A stretch of DNA of 55,764 nucleotides from Candidatus Moranbacteria bacterium RIFOXYA12_FULL_35_19. GTDB lineage: Bacteria; Patescibacteriota; Minisyncoccia; Moranbacterales; UBA2206. A program made the translations under genes and the position numbers. Under the pieces are notes generated by a model. The model was given only the letters and a program-made list of their open reading frames with translations, was not told the origin of the DNA and did not search any database. How positions within the stretch are numbered: position 1 is the first letter of the stretch; every line of letters starts with the position of its first letter. The stretch covers positions 1-55,764 of the forward strand of contig MFSE01000013.1 in the NCBI GenBank assembly GCA_001784805.1, in the 5' to 3' direction. This document shows, piece after piece, positions 33,890-43,321 of the stretch.

Positions 33890-33945
33890 TTCCTTTTAAA
33901 ATCACAAAAAAAATCACTACTTAGTGATTTTTTTTATTTGTTTTG

Positions 33946-34017
33946 TGTCCCCAGTATGAATCGAACATACATCTATCCCTTAGGACGGGACTGTTCTATC
34001 CGTTGAACTATGGGGAC
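33946..34017 (-). tRNA. tRNA-Arg (anticodon CCT)
   Basis: Hand fold. Acceptor GTCCCCA/TGGGGAC, stem GTCCC/GGGAT, loop GTCCTAA, T-loop TTCGATT. Confidence 0.8.
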
Positions 34018-34033
34018 AATTCATTAACTAAAA

Positions 34034-34642
34034 TTAAAATTTTTCAACCAAATCGGGATACTTTTCCAAAGCTTCTTGTTTCAGAAATTTAGCCTGCTTA
34101 TAATATTCATATCTTTTACCATATATCCCTTTCATCAATTCTTCTTTTGAATTTTGGTATTCTTCATATTTTTTTGCAGTGTTTTGTTGCTTGATTTCAT
34201 CTAAAAAATATTGGATGTCCCCTTCGAAAGAAAAAGGCTCTGGATATTTATTAAGAAAATTTTCCGCATCTCTCGCATTAAGCTTCTCATAATCATTTGC
34301 ATTCTTTAAAACAAGATAGGCTACCATTTTTTCCATTTGTTTGTTTCCTAAAATTTTAGTAAATATTTCAGCTGGTTCATCCGGATTTACAGGCGCCTTG
34401 ATACAGAGTAATAATTCTCTAAAATCATCTTCCATAATCTCTCCTTTAGCAATTTTTTCAATAATCTCATTTCTGATTTCATCTTTTACACGAAATATTT
34501 TTTCTTCTAAAATTTCTGGTTTTCTTTCTTTAAGGTAAGCAATTATTTTATTTTGTTGTCTAATATTAGGTCTTTCGCTTTTTTTATCTTCTTCGCTTTT
34601 GTGAGTAGTTGTTATCGCCTCAAAACCTGGGTTATTAAGCAT
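34034..34642 (-). CDS. Hypothetical protein
   Basis: Charged helical protein. ATG at 34642 preferred to avoid overlap with the upstream ORF. Confidence 0.45.
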   Translation of the reverse strand: MLNNPGFEAITTTHKSEEDKKSERPNIRQQNKIIAYLKERKPEILEEKIFRVKDEIRNEIIEKIAKGEIMEDDFRELLLCIKAPVNPDEPAEIFTKILGNKQMEKMVAYLVLKNANDYEKLNARDAENFLNKYPEPFSFEGDIQYFLDEIKQQNTAKKYEEYQNSKEELMKGIYGKRYEYYKQAKFLKQEALEKYPDLVEKF

Positions 34643-34673
34643 AGTTTTAAATTTAATAATTATTATTAAAAAA

Positions 34674-34943
34674 TTATTTTCTACTTTTTCCAAAACCGGA
34701 TTTCATCGCTACAAATGTTCCCACAGCAATTCCTAGTGAATATACTGTTATCGCTAAAAAACTTCTTTCGGTGTCTAGTCTTGTGAGTATATCATAAAAG
34801 ACTCCCAAGCTTATCATAGAAGTAAAAAAAGAAAAAGCTGAAGCTAAAAACGGCCGATCAGTCGCGACATACTTGACATTGAGCGTCCAAAAAAGATCCT
34901 GTGCCACTCCGATTAGAAAATAAATTACAAAATAGATGTTCAT
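34674..34943 (-). CDS. Small membrane protein (possibly DUF5698/UPF0316-like)
   Basis: 89 aa with three hydrophobic helices. Family assignment is weak. Confidence 0.4.
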   Translation of the reverse strand: MNIYFVIYFLIGVAQDLFWTLNVKYVATDRPFLASAFSFFTSMISLGVFYDILTRLDTERSFLAITVYSLGIAVGTFVAMKSGFGKSRK

Positions 34944-35077
34944 TTACCCTGTTAAATAAAATTTAAATCTCTTTTAAAGAAATTAGTTTTATTTTTATAA
35001 ATAATTATATTTTTCTAAAAACATTCATCCCTATTTATTTAAATTTAAAAATTATTTAACAGGGTGAATTTTTTTAG

Positions 35078-35148
35078 TGGACCTATGGAGAATTGAACTC
35101 CAGATTGATCCATGCCATGGATCCGTAATACCACTTTACTATAGGCCC
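35078..35148 (-). tRNA. tRNA-Ala (anticodon GGC)
   Basis: Hand fold. Acceptor GGGCCTA/TAGGTCC with the G3:U70 identity pair, stem GATCC/GGATC, loop ATGGCAT. Confidence 0.85.
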
Positions 35149-35234
35149 AACATATTTCACACTAAGCTAATCATATTTTATTTACTTCACTTGGTCAATG
35201 GTTTTTTTTCAAATTTACGCTATAATCAACATAT

Positions 35235-37115
35235 ATGATGAGTTTAATTTCTAAATTTTGGAATAATTTCAAAAATCAACCAGACATTTGGTTCTTTTTT
35301 GGGTTTTTATTAACTTTTACGCTAAGTATTAGGAAAGTAGTGTTATACTTTCTAATCCAAGGAACTTTCAATGAATATTCCGGAGTATTTATCTACCTTT
35401 CAGATGTTTTTCTAATTTTAACTCTAGTTTTCTGGTTTATATCTATATTATGCAATGATTTTACTGTTTTGTCAAGGTATAGGTTGTGGATAAGTAGTGC
35501 TTTCCACAAGTTATACATATTTTTACCCCTATTTTTAGTTTTTCTTTCTTTTATATCAATATTATGGTCACCCAATCAGTCAATAGCACTTTTTCGATCA
35601 TTCAAGCTTTTGGAGTTTTATTTACTATATATTTATATTATTTTTAGATTTGCTCCACAATTGTTCCACCCGCCTCATCGGCGGACAAACGTGGAACAAA
35701 ATACACCTCATCCTAACCTTCTCCTTATTAAGGAGAAGGAACTTGCCCCCCTCTCCTTTATAAGGAGAGGGGCTGGGGGTGAGGTAGAAATTGTTCCACG
35801 TGGAACATTTAATGCTTTCTCTTGGATTATAATACTATCCGGTCTCTTTCAAGCCACAATTGGCATAATTCAATTTTTCCTGCAAACATCTGTTGGTCTT
35901 TTTTTCCTTAAAGAAAGCCTAATTTCACCAAACATCCTCGGGGTCGCCAAAATAATCTTAAATGGAGAAATATATATCCGCGCCTATGGCCTTATGCCAC
36001 ATCCTAATGTTTTGGGTGGATTATTGCTATTTTCTATTATTATCACATTATTATATAAAAAAATGTTCCACGTGGAACATCAACTGCCCCCCTCTCCTTT
36101 ACAAGGAGAGGGGCAGGGGGTGAGGTTAAGCGATGTTCCACGCCCGTCTGCCGGCGAGGCAGATGGAACAATTAAAGAAAAATATTATTCTATGCTAAAT
36201 TGTTCCACGTGGAACAATTGGATAATTGAAAATAATTGGTTTTTTAGGCTCATATTAGCTATTCAAATTTTAGCGCTAATTTTAACATTCTCAAAATCAG
36301 CCATAATTGGGCTATTAATTGCTTTAGCTTATATAATTGTTCCATGTGGAACATTCAATATTCCCTTCTTCTTTATAAGGAGAAGGGCTGGGGATGAGGT
36401 ATGCGATTGTTCCATGTGGAACATTTTTGGGCGGGTGGAACATTTGAAATTAATAATACTCTCGATCTTAATTATTTTAGTATCTATATTTATCATAATC
36501 AAACCCAATTTGAACTCTTTATTTTTTAACTCCTTCGATGAGCGCGTATTTTATCTAAATGTTCCACGTGGAACATTTGGGAGTGATCCAGTCTTAGGAA
36601 TTGGCGCAGGACAATCAGTTATAATGATGCAAAAATTTTATTCTCAAACTTTAGAATTCTGGCAATATCAGCCTATTCATAATGTTTTTCTGCTAATATT
36701 TAGCGAACTAGGATTGCTTGGGTTGGGATTATTTGTTTGGTGGTTATGGAAATTGTTCCACCCGCCTCATCGGCGGACAAGCGTGGAACAATTTAAAAAT
36801 TCACCTCATCCTAACCTTCTCCTTATTAAGGAGAAGGAACTTGCCCCCCTCTCCTTTATAAGGAGAGGGGCAGGGGGTGAGGTTAAAATTGTTCCACGTG
36901 GAACAATAGAAAATAATGACTACATATTACACAATAATAATACATATTTGTCAAGTGCTATATTTTCTCGATATTTTACCGGAATTCTTTTAGGCCTCAT
37001 TTTTATTATGCTTTTTGACCATTATATCTGGGATATCCAACAGGGAAGCCTCCTATTTTGGCTAACTGCCAGCTTTGTTGCTGGGATATGCAAAAAATAT
37101 TCCCTTCATAATTAA
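35235..37115 (+). CDS. O-antigen ligase/polymerase-like (Wzy_C) membrane protein with five in-frame repeat blocks
   Basis: Many TM helices. FSKSAIIGLLIALAYI, GIGAGQ and HNVFLLIFSELGLLGLGLF resemble O-antigen ligase family motifs. The ORF stays open across all repeat blocks. Confidence 0.6.
   Translation: MMSLISKFWNNFKNQPDIWFFFGFLLTFTLSIRKVVLYFLIQGTFNEYSGVFIYLSDVFLILTLVFWFISILCNDFTVLSRYRLWISSAFHKLYIFLPLFLVFLSFISILWSPNQSIALFRSFKLLEFYLLYIYIIFRFAPQLFHPPHRRTNVEQNTPHPNLLLIKEKELAPLSFIRRGAGGEVEIVPRGTFNAFSWIIILSGLFQATIGIIQFFLQTSVGLFFLKESLISPNILGVAKIILNGEIYIRAYGLMPHPNVLGGLLLFSIIITLLYKKMFHVEHQLPPSPLQGEGQGVRLSDVPRPSAGEADGTIKEKYYSMLNCSTWNNWIIENNWFFRLILAIQILALILTFSKSAIIGLLIALAYIIVPCGTFNIPFFFIRRRAGDEVCDCSMWNIFGRVEHLKLIILSILIILVSIFIIIKPNLNSLFFNSFDERVFYLNVPRGTFGSDPVLGIGAGQSVIMMQKFYSQTLEFWQYQPIHNVFLLIFSELGLLGLGLFVWWLWKLFHPPHRRTSVEQFKNSPHPNLLLIKEKELAPLSFIRRGAGGEVKIVPRGTIENNDYILHNNNTYLSSAIFSRYFTGILLGLIFIMLFDHYIWDIQQGSLLFWLTASFVAGICKKYSLHN
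35661..35807 (+). repeat. Composite palindromic element A1 (147 nt, 49 codons)
   Basis: GTTCCAC[21-nt hairpin]GTGGAAC, then CCTTCTCCTTATTAAGGAGAAGG, CCCCTCTCCTTTATAAGGAGAGGGG, GGGGGTGAGGT and TGTTCCACGTGGAACA. Confidence 0.85.
36063..36218 (+). repeat. Composite palindromic element B
   Basis: ATGTTCCACGTGGAACAT, then CCCCCCTCTCCTTTACAAGGAGAGGGGCAGGGGGTGAGGT, then GTTCCAC[GCCCGTCTGCCGGCGAGGCAG]ATGGAAC, then ATTGTTCCACGTGGAACAAT. Confidence 0.85.
36338..36442 (+). repeat. Composite palindromic element C
   Basis: Two TGTTCCATGTGGAACA palindromes flank CCCTTCTTCTTTATAAGGAGAAGGGCTGGGGATGAGGT. An inverted half-copy GGGCGGGTGGAACA follows. Confidence 0.8.
36558..36577 (+). repeat. Solo palindrome AATGTTCCACGTGGAACATT
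   Basis: 20-bp perfect palindrome encoding NVPRGTF. Confidence 0.8.
36753..36905 (+). repeat. Composite palindromic element A2 (153 nt, 51 codons)
   Basis: Near-identical to A1. It differs by a few substitutions and one 6-nt indel. Confidence 0.85.
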
Positions 37116-37275
37116 TGATTTGCTATCGACAGTAAACAGTAAACCACAAAATTATCCAATTGTTAAAAATCATAAAAAATGCTATCCTAAAATTAGAATA
37201 AAACGACATATTCATATATAAACGATATGTAAAATAAAATTATTCTACTAAGCTATAATTATTAAACTAAAAAAT

Positions 37276-37530
37276 ATGGAAAAACCACCAATCGAAAGTG
37301 TAGAAGACGCTTTTAAAAAATATCATGCTAAAGTCAAAGCGTTACTTGACAATAAATATGATGAGCAAAAAGTAAATGGATGCATGTCACTTCAGGCGCC
37401 TGGAGAACTTGAAAAAATATATAATGAGTTAAAGATGTCTTTGGAAAATGCGCAAAATGAAAAAGAAAAGGATGATGCAAGAAATACATGGCTTGAAAAG
37501 TATGATGTGATGAAAGACATTACTTACTAA
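37276..37530 (+). CDS. Hypothetical protein (84 aa)
   Basis: ORF followed by the 12-bp-stem hairpin GAAAATTGACAC/GTGTCAATTTTC at 37574-37614. Confidence 0.45.
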   Translation: MEKPPIESVEDAFKKYHAKVKALLDNKYDEQKVNGCMSLQAPGELEKIYNELKMSLENAQNEKEKDDARNTWLEKYDVMKDITY

Positions 37531-37695
37531 ATCGTAAAAAAAATACATCTCTTGGTATGGCATATTCGGCTCAGAAAATTGACACAACTATATTTCAAAG
37601 AAGTGTCAATTTTCTTTGCCCAAAATCTCGCACCAAAAGTCAGTTAATCAAAGTTTAAAATATTTTATAACAAATAAAACCAACCAACAATTAAT

Positions 37696-38019
37696 ATGAT
37701 GCACTATTTACCTTTTATTATTCTATTCGTTGGTGGCTCAATTCTTACTATAGGCGATATACTCATGAAAAAATGGGTCGTCAATAACAGTATTCCATTG
37801 TTCATAACCGGGCTTGGAATCTATTTGGTCGGCTTAATTTTTCTTGCTATTAGCTTCAAATATAAAAATATTGCTGTCGCTTCTACCATTTTCGTTATTT
37901 TTAATATTATCACATTATCAATTGTCAGTTGGTTTTATTTTAAGGAAACATTAACGCCATTCCAGCTTATTGGCATTGCTCTCGGTATTAGTTCAATTTT
38001 ATTCCTAGAACTTGCCTGA
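37696..38019 (+). CDS. Small 4-TM transporter-like protein (SMR/EamA-like)
   Basis: 107 aa with four hydrophobic helices, in the size and layout of the DMT/SMR superfamily. Confidence 0.45.
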   Translation: MMHYLPFIILFVGGSILTIGDILMKKWVVNNSIPLFITGLGIYLVGLIFLAISFKYKNIAVASTIFVIFNIITLSIVSWFYFKETLTPFQLIGIALGISSILFLELA

Positions 38020-38097
38020 CATTTATCATCGTGCTTTTCTTAAAATTCAACAGCAAGGCATATTTGGTTCAAGAACTTTGCACCTTGTGATAAAAAT

Positions 38098-38667
38098 ATG
38101 AAAGGATTAATGACTTACGAAGATTATCAATTACTTCTCAAAGGAGAATTGGGCAAATATTATGAGGGTCGGTGGGAATATTTTAAAGAAGTCATAGAGA
38201 TCATTAAAAATGAAGAAATTAAATCTGTCTTGGAAATTGGTCCTGCTCAAGAACCAATTGTCAAAAATTGTGATGTAATGGTAAAGCCAGAAGATGATAT
38301 GTGGGGAAGGCCGAAAAATGTTTTTTTTCAAAAAGAATATTTGCACGATGCGACTGAAAAACCTTGGCCGATAAAAGATAAACGATATGACTTACTCATA
38401 GCTCTTCAGGTTTGGGAACATTTGGACAATAAACAAAGCAGGGCTTTCCGAGAAGTAATGCGAGTGTCAAAAATGGCCATACTTAGTTTTCCATATTTAT
38501 GGGATTGTCCAAAAGATAGTAGGAATTATCCAGCCCATCATCTGCTAGACGAAGAGCTTATTAATGATTGGACATTGAATATTAAACCAGAAAAGATTAT
38601 TAGAATCCCAAGAACTGGTCCGGAAGTGAGTAAGGGCTCAAGAATAATATATTTTTGGAAGTTTTAA
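38098..38667 (+). CDS. Putative SAM-dependent methyltransferase-like protein
   Basis: VLEIGPAQEP (motif I-like) and LLIALQVWEHLDN (motif post-II-like). Weak call. Confidence 0.4.
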   Translation: MKGLMTYEDYQLLLKGELGKYYEGRWEYFKEVIEIIKNEEIKSVLEIGPAQEPIVKNCDVMVKPEDDMWGRPKNVFFQKEYLHDATEKPWPIKDKRYDLLIALQVWEHLDNKQSRAFREVMRVSKMAILSFPYLWDCPKDSRNYPAHHLLDEELINDWTLNIKPEKIIRIPRTGPEVSKGSRIIYFWKF

Positions 38668-38721
38668 AAAAAAAGAAAACTTGAGTATAAATCATAACGA
38701 ATATTTAAAAAGGAGGTCGCC

Positions 38722-38892
38722 ATGTTCCAAGTACCCGAGTATGTAGCAACTTGCAAAAAGTGTAAGAATGAATTTCCGGCATATGATGAAAATGCCATCA
38801 AGTGTCCTGGTTGCGGGGCATTACTTACACCCAAACCTTTAAAAAAAGACTGGCCGGAACTGCGGCCGGAGGATGATTTTAAACTTTATTAG
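38722..38892 (+). CDS. Zinc-ribbon microprotein (56 aa), not in the ORF track
   Basis: MFQVPEYVATCKKCKNEFPAYDENAIKCPGCGALL... has CxxC-14-CxxC. SD AAAGGAGG lies 6 nt upstream. Confidence 0.55.
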   Translation: MFQVPEYVATCKKCKNEFPAYDENAIKCPGCGALLTPKPLKKDWPELRPEDDFKLY

Positions 38893-38970
38893 TTTTTTCT
38901 TTTTCCTCACAAAAAAATCCTACGCCTTGGAAACTTCAGGTGTAGGATTTTTGATTTGTGAAAAATATTT

Positions 38971-41439
38971 TTACAGAACTGTTGAAGCCGAAACTTTGTC
39001 ACCAGTTTGCGGGCGCATAACGCGCACGCCTTGGGTGGCTCGGCCGAGAACGGAAACGGAAGAAAGGGGAATGCGGATGATTTGGCCTTTTTCGGAAGTG
39101 AGAATTAGATCAGTATCAAGCGCATCCATATTGATGATAGTGGCACCGATAATTTTTCCGGTTTTGGAAGTGACCGAGGCAGTTTTTATTCCGGAACCAC
39201 CGCGCTTTTGGACTTTGTAATATTTCAAATCTGATCTTTTTCCAAAACCATTTTCCGAAATTGTGAGAAGTTGGTTGCCTTTTTGATTTTTGAAAACTAC
39301 ATCCATTCCCACAACAGCGTCATCTTTTTTGAGTTTGATTCCACGCACTCCGGCTGCGTTTCGTCCCATTGAACGAACATCCGATTCGCGAAAACGGATC
39401 GCTTGACCATTTCTTGTGGTGATAACTATTTCATCTGTTCCCGTAGTCGCATCCACCCAACCAAGCGTATCACCTTTTTCCAATTTTATCGCAATGAGTC
39501 CTGAACGACGAACATTTTCAAATTCATCCAAAGTAGTTTTCTTGACCGTGCCCATTGCTGTCGTCATTAGAAGATATTTATAAGCATCATCTTTATTGAA
39601 AGCGATGATAGCTGTGACAGATTCTTCTTGAGAAAGAGAAAGGAAATTGACAATCGATTGACCCTTGGCAATGCGAGTCGATTCCGGAATTTCATAGGCT
39701 TTAGTTTGAAAAACTTTTCCAGAATTTGTGAAAAATAAAAGATTGTCGTGCGTCATCACGCCTAACATTTTTTGAATTTCATCGCCTTCGCGCGTTGTCG
39801 CCCCAATCACTCCTTTGCCTCCGCGTTTTTGAACTTTGTAGGCACTCGGATTCATTCTTTTGACATAACCATCTTTGGAAAGAGTGATGATGGCTTCTTC
39901 ATTAGGCACTAAATCTTCTTGCCGAAATTCTCCCACACCAGATTTTATCACTTTGGTTCTTCTTTCATCACCATATTTTTCTTTAACACGAGCTAATTCA
40001 TCTTTGATAATAGAAAATATTTTTTTCTCGCTTTTTAGAATGGCTTCAAGCTGGGCAATCAGTTTTATTTTTTCTGCTAATTCGTCTTCAATTTTCTTTC
40101 GTTCCAATCCGGCCAAAGTTTGCAATTTCATTTCCAAAATAGCCGTGGCTTGCTTTTCTGACAGTTTGAATTTTTTCATCAAATTCTTATGCGCCTCTTC
40201 TTTAGTAGGAGATTTTTTGATTGTTTCAATTACCGCGTCAATATGATCTAGCGCAATTTTCAATCCTTCCAAAATATGCGCTCGATCCCGCGCTTTTTCT
40301 AAATCAAATTTAGTTCTACGAATTATTACAATTTTTCGATGTGCCACATATTCTTCCAAGATTGTTTTTAGATTCAAAACTTTTGGCTCAATACCATTGA
40401 CTAATGCCAGCATATTGACCCCGAAATTTTTCTGCAGATCAGTGAGAGAATAAAGTTTATTCAAAACTTTTTGCGGATAGGCATCCTTTTTCAAATCCAC
40501 CACGATTCGCACACCTTCCTTGTCTGATTCATCGCGTAAATCTTTTATGCCAACAATTTTTCCATCGCGAACTAAATTGGCCATAGTTTCAATTAGCGTG
40601 GCCTTGTTGGTAGCATAAGTTATTTCGCTAATTACTATTTGAAAAGTTCCAGTTTTGCTTTCTACAATATCCGCTTTGCCCCGCGTCAAAATTTTTCCGC
40701 GACCGGTTTTATACGCTTCGACAATATCCTTTTTATTGTAAATTATTCCACCCGTTGGAAAATCCGGTCCTTTGATAAATTCTGAAAGTTCTTCAATAGA
40801 AATTTCCGGATTATCAATCAAACCATTTATGCCGTCTACCAATTCAGAAAGATTGTGTGGAGGAATGTTAGTTGCCATTCCCACGGCAATTCCCATTGAA
40901 CCGTTTAATAATAATTGCGGAAGTCCAGCGGGAAGCACTGTTGGTTCTTTGTGTTGGCCGTCAAAATTAGGCACAAAATCCACTGTATTTTTTTCAATGT
41001 CAATTAGCATTTCTTCTGCCATTTGGGAAAGTTTAGCTTCCGTATAACGATAAGCCGCCGCGCCGTCGCCGTCCATTGAACCAAAGTTTCCTTGACCTTT
41101 GACCATTGGATAGCGCAAAGAAAAATCTTGCGCCATACGCACCATCGAATCATAAACGGCCACATCGCCATGTGGATGATATTTCCCGAGTACTTCTCCC
41201 ACCACAGTGGCTGATTTTCGAAATTTGGCGCTGGCACGAAGACCTGACTGCCACATTGAATAGAGAATTCGACGATGCACCGGTTTCAATCCATCGCGAA
41301 CATCAGGCAAAGCTCGCGAAACAATCACGCTCATCGCATAATCCAAATAGGATTGCTGAATTTCTAAAGTAATCTCTCTTGATTGAATATTTTTATCTAT
41401 ATTATTTATTTCTTCTGGCATATTATTTTTATAAGGCAC
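38971..41439 (-). CDS. gyrA: DNA gyrase subunit A
   Basis: [31 protein letters not shown] and AAAYRYTE (active-site Tyr region), plus C-terminal beta-pinwheel repeats. Confidence 0.95.
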   Translation of the reverse strand: MPYKNNMPEEINNIDKNIQSREITLEIQQSYLDYAMSVIVSRALPDVRDGLKPVHRRILYSMWQSGLRASAKFRKSATVVGEVLGKYHPHGDVAVYDSMVRMAQDFSLRYPMVKGQGNFGSMDGDGAAAYRYTEAKLSQMAEEMLIDIEKNTVDFVPNFDGQHKEPTVLPAGLPQLLLNGSMGIAVGMATNIPPHNLSELVDGINGLIDNPEISIEELSEFIKGPDFPTGGIIYNKKDIVEAYKTGRGKILTRGKADIVESKTGTFQIVISEITYATNKATLIETMANLVRDGKIVGIKDLRDESDKEGVRIVVDLKKDAYPQKVLNKLYSLTDLQKNFGVNMLALVNGIEPKVLNLKTILEEYVAHRKIVIIRRTKFDLEKARDRAHILEGLKIALDHIDAVIETIKKSPTKEEAHKNLMKKFKLSEKQATAILEMKLQTLAGLERKKIEDELAEKIKLIAQLEAILKSEKKIFSIIKDELARVKEKYGDERRTKVIKSGVGEFRQEDLVPNEEAIITLSKDGYVKRMNPSAYKVQKRGGKGVIGATTREGDEIQKMLGVMTHDNLLFFTNSGKVFQTKAYEIPESTRIAKGQSIVNFLSLSQEESVTAIIAFNKDDAYKYLLMTTAMGTVKKTTLDEFENVRRSGLIAIKLEKGDTLGWVDATTGTDEIVITTRNGQAIRFRESDVRSMGRNAAGVRGIKLKKDDAVVGMDVVFKNQKGNQLLTISENGFGKRSDLKYYKVQKRGGSGIKTASVTSKTGKIIGATIINMDALDTDLILTSEKGQIIRIPLSSVSVLGRATQGVRVMRPQTGDKVSASTVL

Positions 41440-41452
41440 TAAAAAATTAAAC

Positions 41453-41713
41453 TTATTTTTCTAATAAACTTTTCATTTGCTTGGTTGCGTCTTGAATAGA
41501 TTCCTTTTGAACGCTCAAATCTTCTATCACTTGGCTATTTAAAATATTTTCTTTTTCCAAATCATCCGTATTTTCAAATTGAGCAGAAAAAGAAATCATC
41601 CAAATTATCAAAATAAAAACCATTCCAAAAGCCGTGAGTCCCCATGCCCAACGCAAGCGGACATGTTCCGGCTGTCTTCTAATTTCTTCTATTTTATCAA
41701 ATATATTCATCAT
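41453..41713 (-). CDS. Small membrane protein (86 aa)
   Basis: One TM helix ([21 protein letters not shown]). Lies immediately upstream of gyrA. Confidence 0.5.
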   Translation of the reverse strand: MMNIFDKIEEIRRQPEHVRLRWAWGLTAFGMVFILIIWMISFSAQFENTDDLEKENILNSQVIEDLSVQKESIQDATKQMKSLLEK

Positions 41714-41747
41714 TTACGAACTACGAAATGAGCGAAATACGAAAATT
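41713..41747. repeat. TACGAAA-word hairpin arm (left arm around the GxxExxY gene)
   Basis: TTTACGAACTACGAAATGAGCGAAATACGAAAATT. Its terminal 15 nt are the exact reverse complement of 42160-42174. Confidence 0.7.
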
Positions 41748-42132
41748 AATCTAAATTTACTACTCTTTTGTATCTCACGCCTTCGCTAGTAAAAGTAATT
41801 ATTATACCTAATCTTAGATTTGTAGCTTTGAGATATTTATACAATTGATTAATATCCTTACTAGAAATAAAATTTCTTTGTTTTATTTCTAAAATAATTT
41901 TATTAAATATTAGAAAATCAAAAATATAAATTCCTAAATCTTCTTCTTTATATTTAACTTTATACCTTAATTGTTCTTTAAATTCAAAACCATTATCCGT
42001 GAACTCTTTAGCTAGAGCTTTTTGAAAAAAATTCTCTTTATGCCCAAATCCTAATTTCTTAAATACTCTAAAAACCACTCCCATTATTCGATAACATTCT
42101 TCGGCATATATTAAATTCTTTTTTGTTTTCAT
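41746..42132 (-). CDS. GxxExxY-family protein (PD-(D/E)XK nuclease fold)
   Basis: LGFGHKENFFQKALAKEF (GxxExxF variant) and DFLIFNKIILEIKQ (D...ExK). Confidence 0.7.
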   Translation of the reverse strand: MKTKKNLIYAEECYRIMGVVFRVFKKLGFGHKENFFQKALAKEFTDNGFEFKEQLRYKVKYKEEDLGIYIFDFLIFNKIILEIKQRNFISSKDINQLYKYLKATNLRLGIIITFTSEGVRYKRVVNLD

Positions 42133-42140
42133 TTTTTATT

Positions 42141-42174
42141 TTTCGTAATTTCGTATTTTTTCGTAGTTCGTAAA
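42141..42174. repeat. TTTCGTA-word hairpin arm (right arm around the GxxExxY gene)
   Basis: TTTCGTAATTTCGTATTTTTTCGTAGTTCGTAAA. Confidence 0.7.
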
Positions 42175-42183
42175 TTTTAAATT

Positions 42184-42846
42184 TTATTCGATGTCCATAA
42201 TCACAACTGACATTTCTTTTTCTTCTAGGTCTTTCTTTTTTATGTTAATTTTAGAAACTTTTTCTTTGGGACAACTGCCAATTTCACTACAAAATTTCTT
42301 TTCGTCATCAACCTCAACTGTTGAGCCTTTTATCTTATAATGCATTGGAATAATCATTTTTGGTTCAATTTTTTTGATTATATCCACTGCCTTTTCTCCG
42401 TCAATCGTATAATTTCTTCCGCCAATCGGTACCATTAAAATATCAATGCCGTTTATTTTTTCCAATTGTTTTTCTGATAAATCAGTTCCCAAATCGCCCA
42501 AATGGCAAACTCGCAAATCTTCCGATTCTAAAACAAAAATAGTATTCGTTCCGCGTTCCGTGCCTTCTTTGTTATCATGAAAAGAAGTAATTCCAATAAC
42601 ATTGACGCCCTTGGCGCTATATTCCCCTGGGATATCAATCACATACGGCTCGCCTTTAAGCGCAGAAACATTATTATGATCAGCGTGATTGTGACTTACC
42701 AAAACTAAATCCGCTTGTCCTTGCGGAGGACGAAGACCGACTGACTTGTCAAACGGATCAAAAAAAACCACCACATCTTCCCGCCCGCGCCCCGCTGGCT
42801 TGGTAGTGATCTTAAAGCAAGAATGGCCATAATATTGAATAAGCAT
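42184..42846 (-). CDS. MBL-fold metal-dependent hydrolase (UPF0173-like)
   Basis: MLIQYYGHSCFKI and LVSHNHADHNN motifs. Confidence 0.8.
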   Translation of the reverse strand: MLIQYYGHSCFKITTKPAGRGREDVVVFFDPFDKSVGLRPPQGQADLVLVSHNHADHNNVSALKGEPYVIDIPGEYSAKGVNVIGITSFHDNKEGTERGTNTIFVLESEDLRVCHLGDLGTDLSEKQLEKINGIDILMVPIGGRNYTIDGEKAVDIIKKIEPKMIIPMHYKIKGSTVEVDDEKKFCSEIGSCPKEKVSKINIKKKDLEEKEMSVVIMDIE

Positions 42847-42852
42847 AGGTGA

Positions 42853-42936
42853 GTTGAAAGTTTGTAAAGTATAAAGTCTATAAAGCTACTTGAATAACTT
42901 TATGAACTTTATTAACTTTATAAACTTTATAAACTT
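42853..42936. repeat. Word-hairpin, CTTTATAA family, copy 2
   Basis: GTTGAAAGTTTGTAAAGTATAAAG faces CTTTATGAACTTTATTAACTTTATAAACTTT. Confidence 0.65.
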
Positions 42937-43083
42937 TTTTAACTATTCTAGTCTAGCATCTAAAAAGACACTTGTCGAGGTTGCTTTTTGTAAAATTATG
43001 CGCTAGGATTTCGAGAAAGGAGAAAATAGGGAGAATTGAACATTAACAGCTTAATACTACTGATTAACATAAGGGAGAATTAA

Positions 43084-43290
43084 ATGGAAAAACAACAAAA
43101 GAAAACCACTAGGCAGGAACAATTAGGAATAATGCTTGCTGATAGCATTATTGAAGTTGCTCATCAAACTTATAATGCTTCTAGAGGAAAAGCAATAATA
43201 GAAGCATGCATAAAAAGACTCCAAGAAAGAATGCCAGAAATCCAACCAAAAAAAGCTACTCTGCAATACAAGAAAGCGCGCTATGGCTAA
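43084..43290 (+). CDS. Hypothetical small protein (68 aa)
   Basis: SD AAGGGAGA before the ATG. Confidence 0.45.
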   Translation: MEKQQKKTTRQEQLGIMLADSIIEVAHQTYNASRGKAIIEACIKRLQERMPEIQPKKATLQYKKARYG

Positions 43291-43321
43291 AATTACCTCA
43301 TAACTTTAAAGGAGACGAATC

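Noticed and set aside
35661-36905. Possible CRISPR array built from the repeated GTTCCACGTGGAAC units.
   Set aside because: The repeats are only 14-20 bp, fully palindromic, irregularly spaced and mixed with other modules. They lie inside one continuous ORF, and no cas genes or leader are present.
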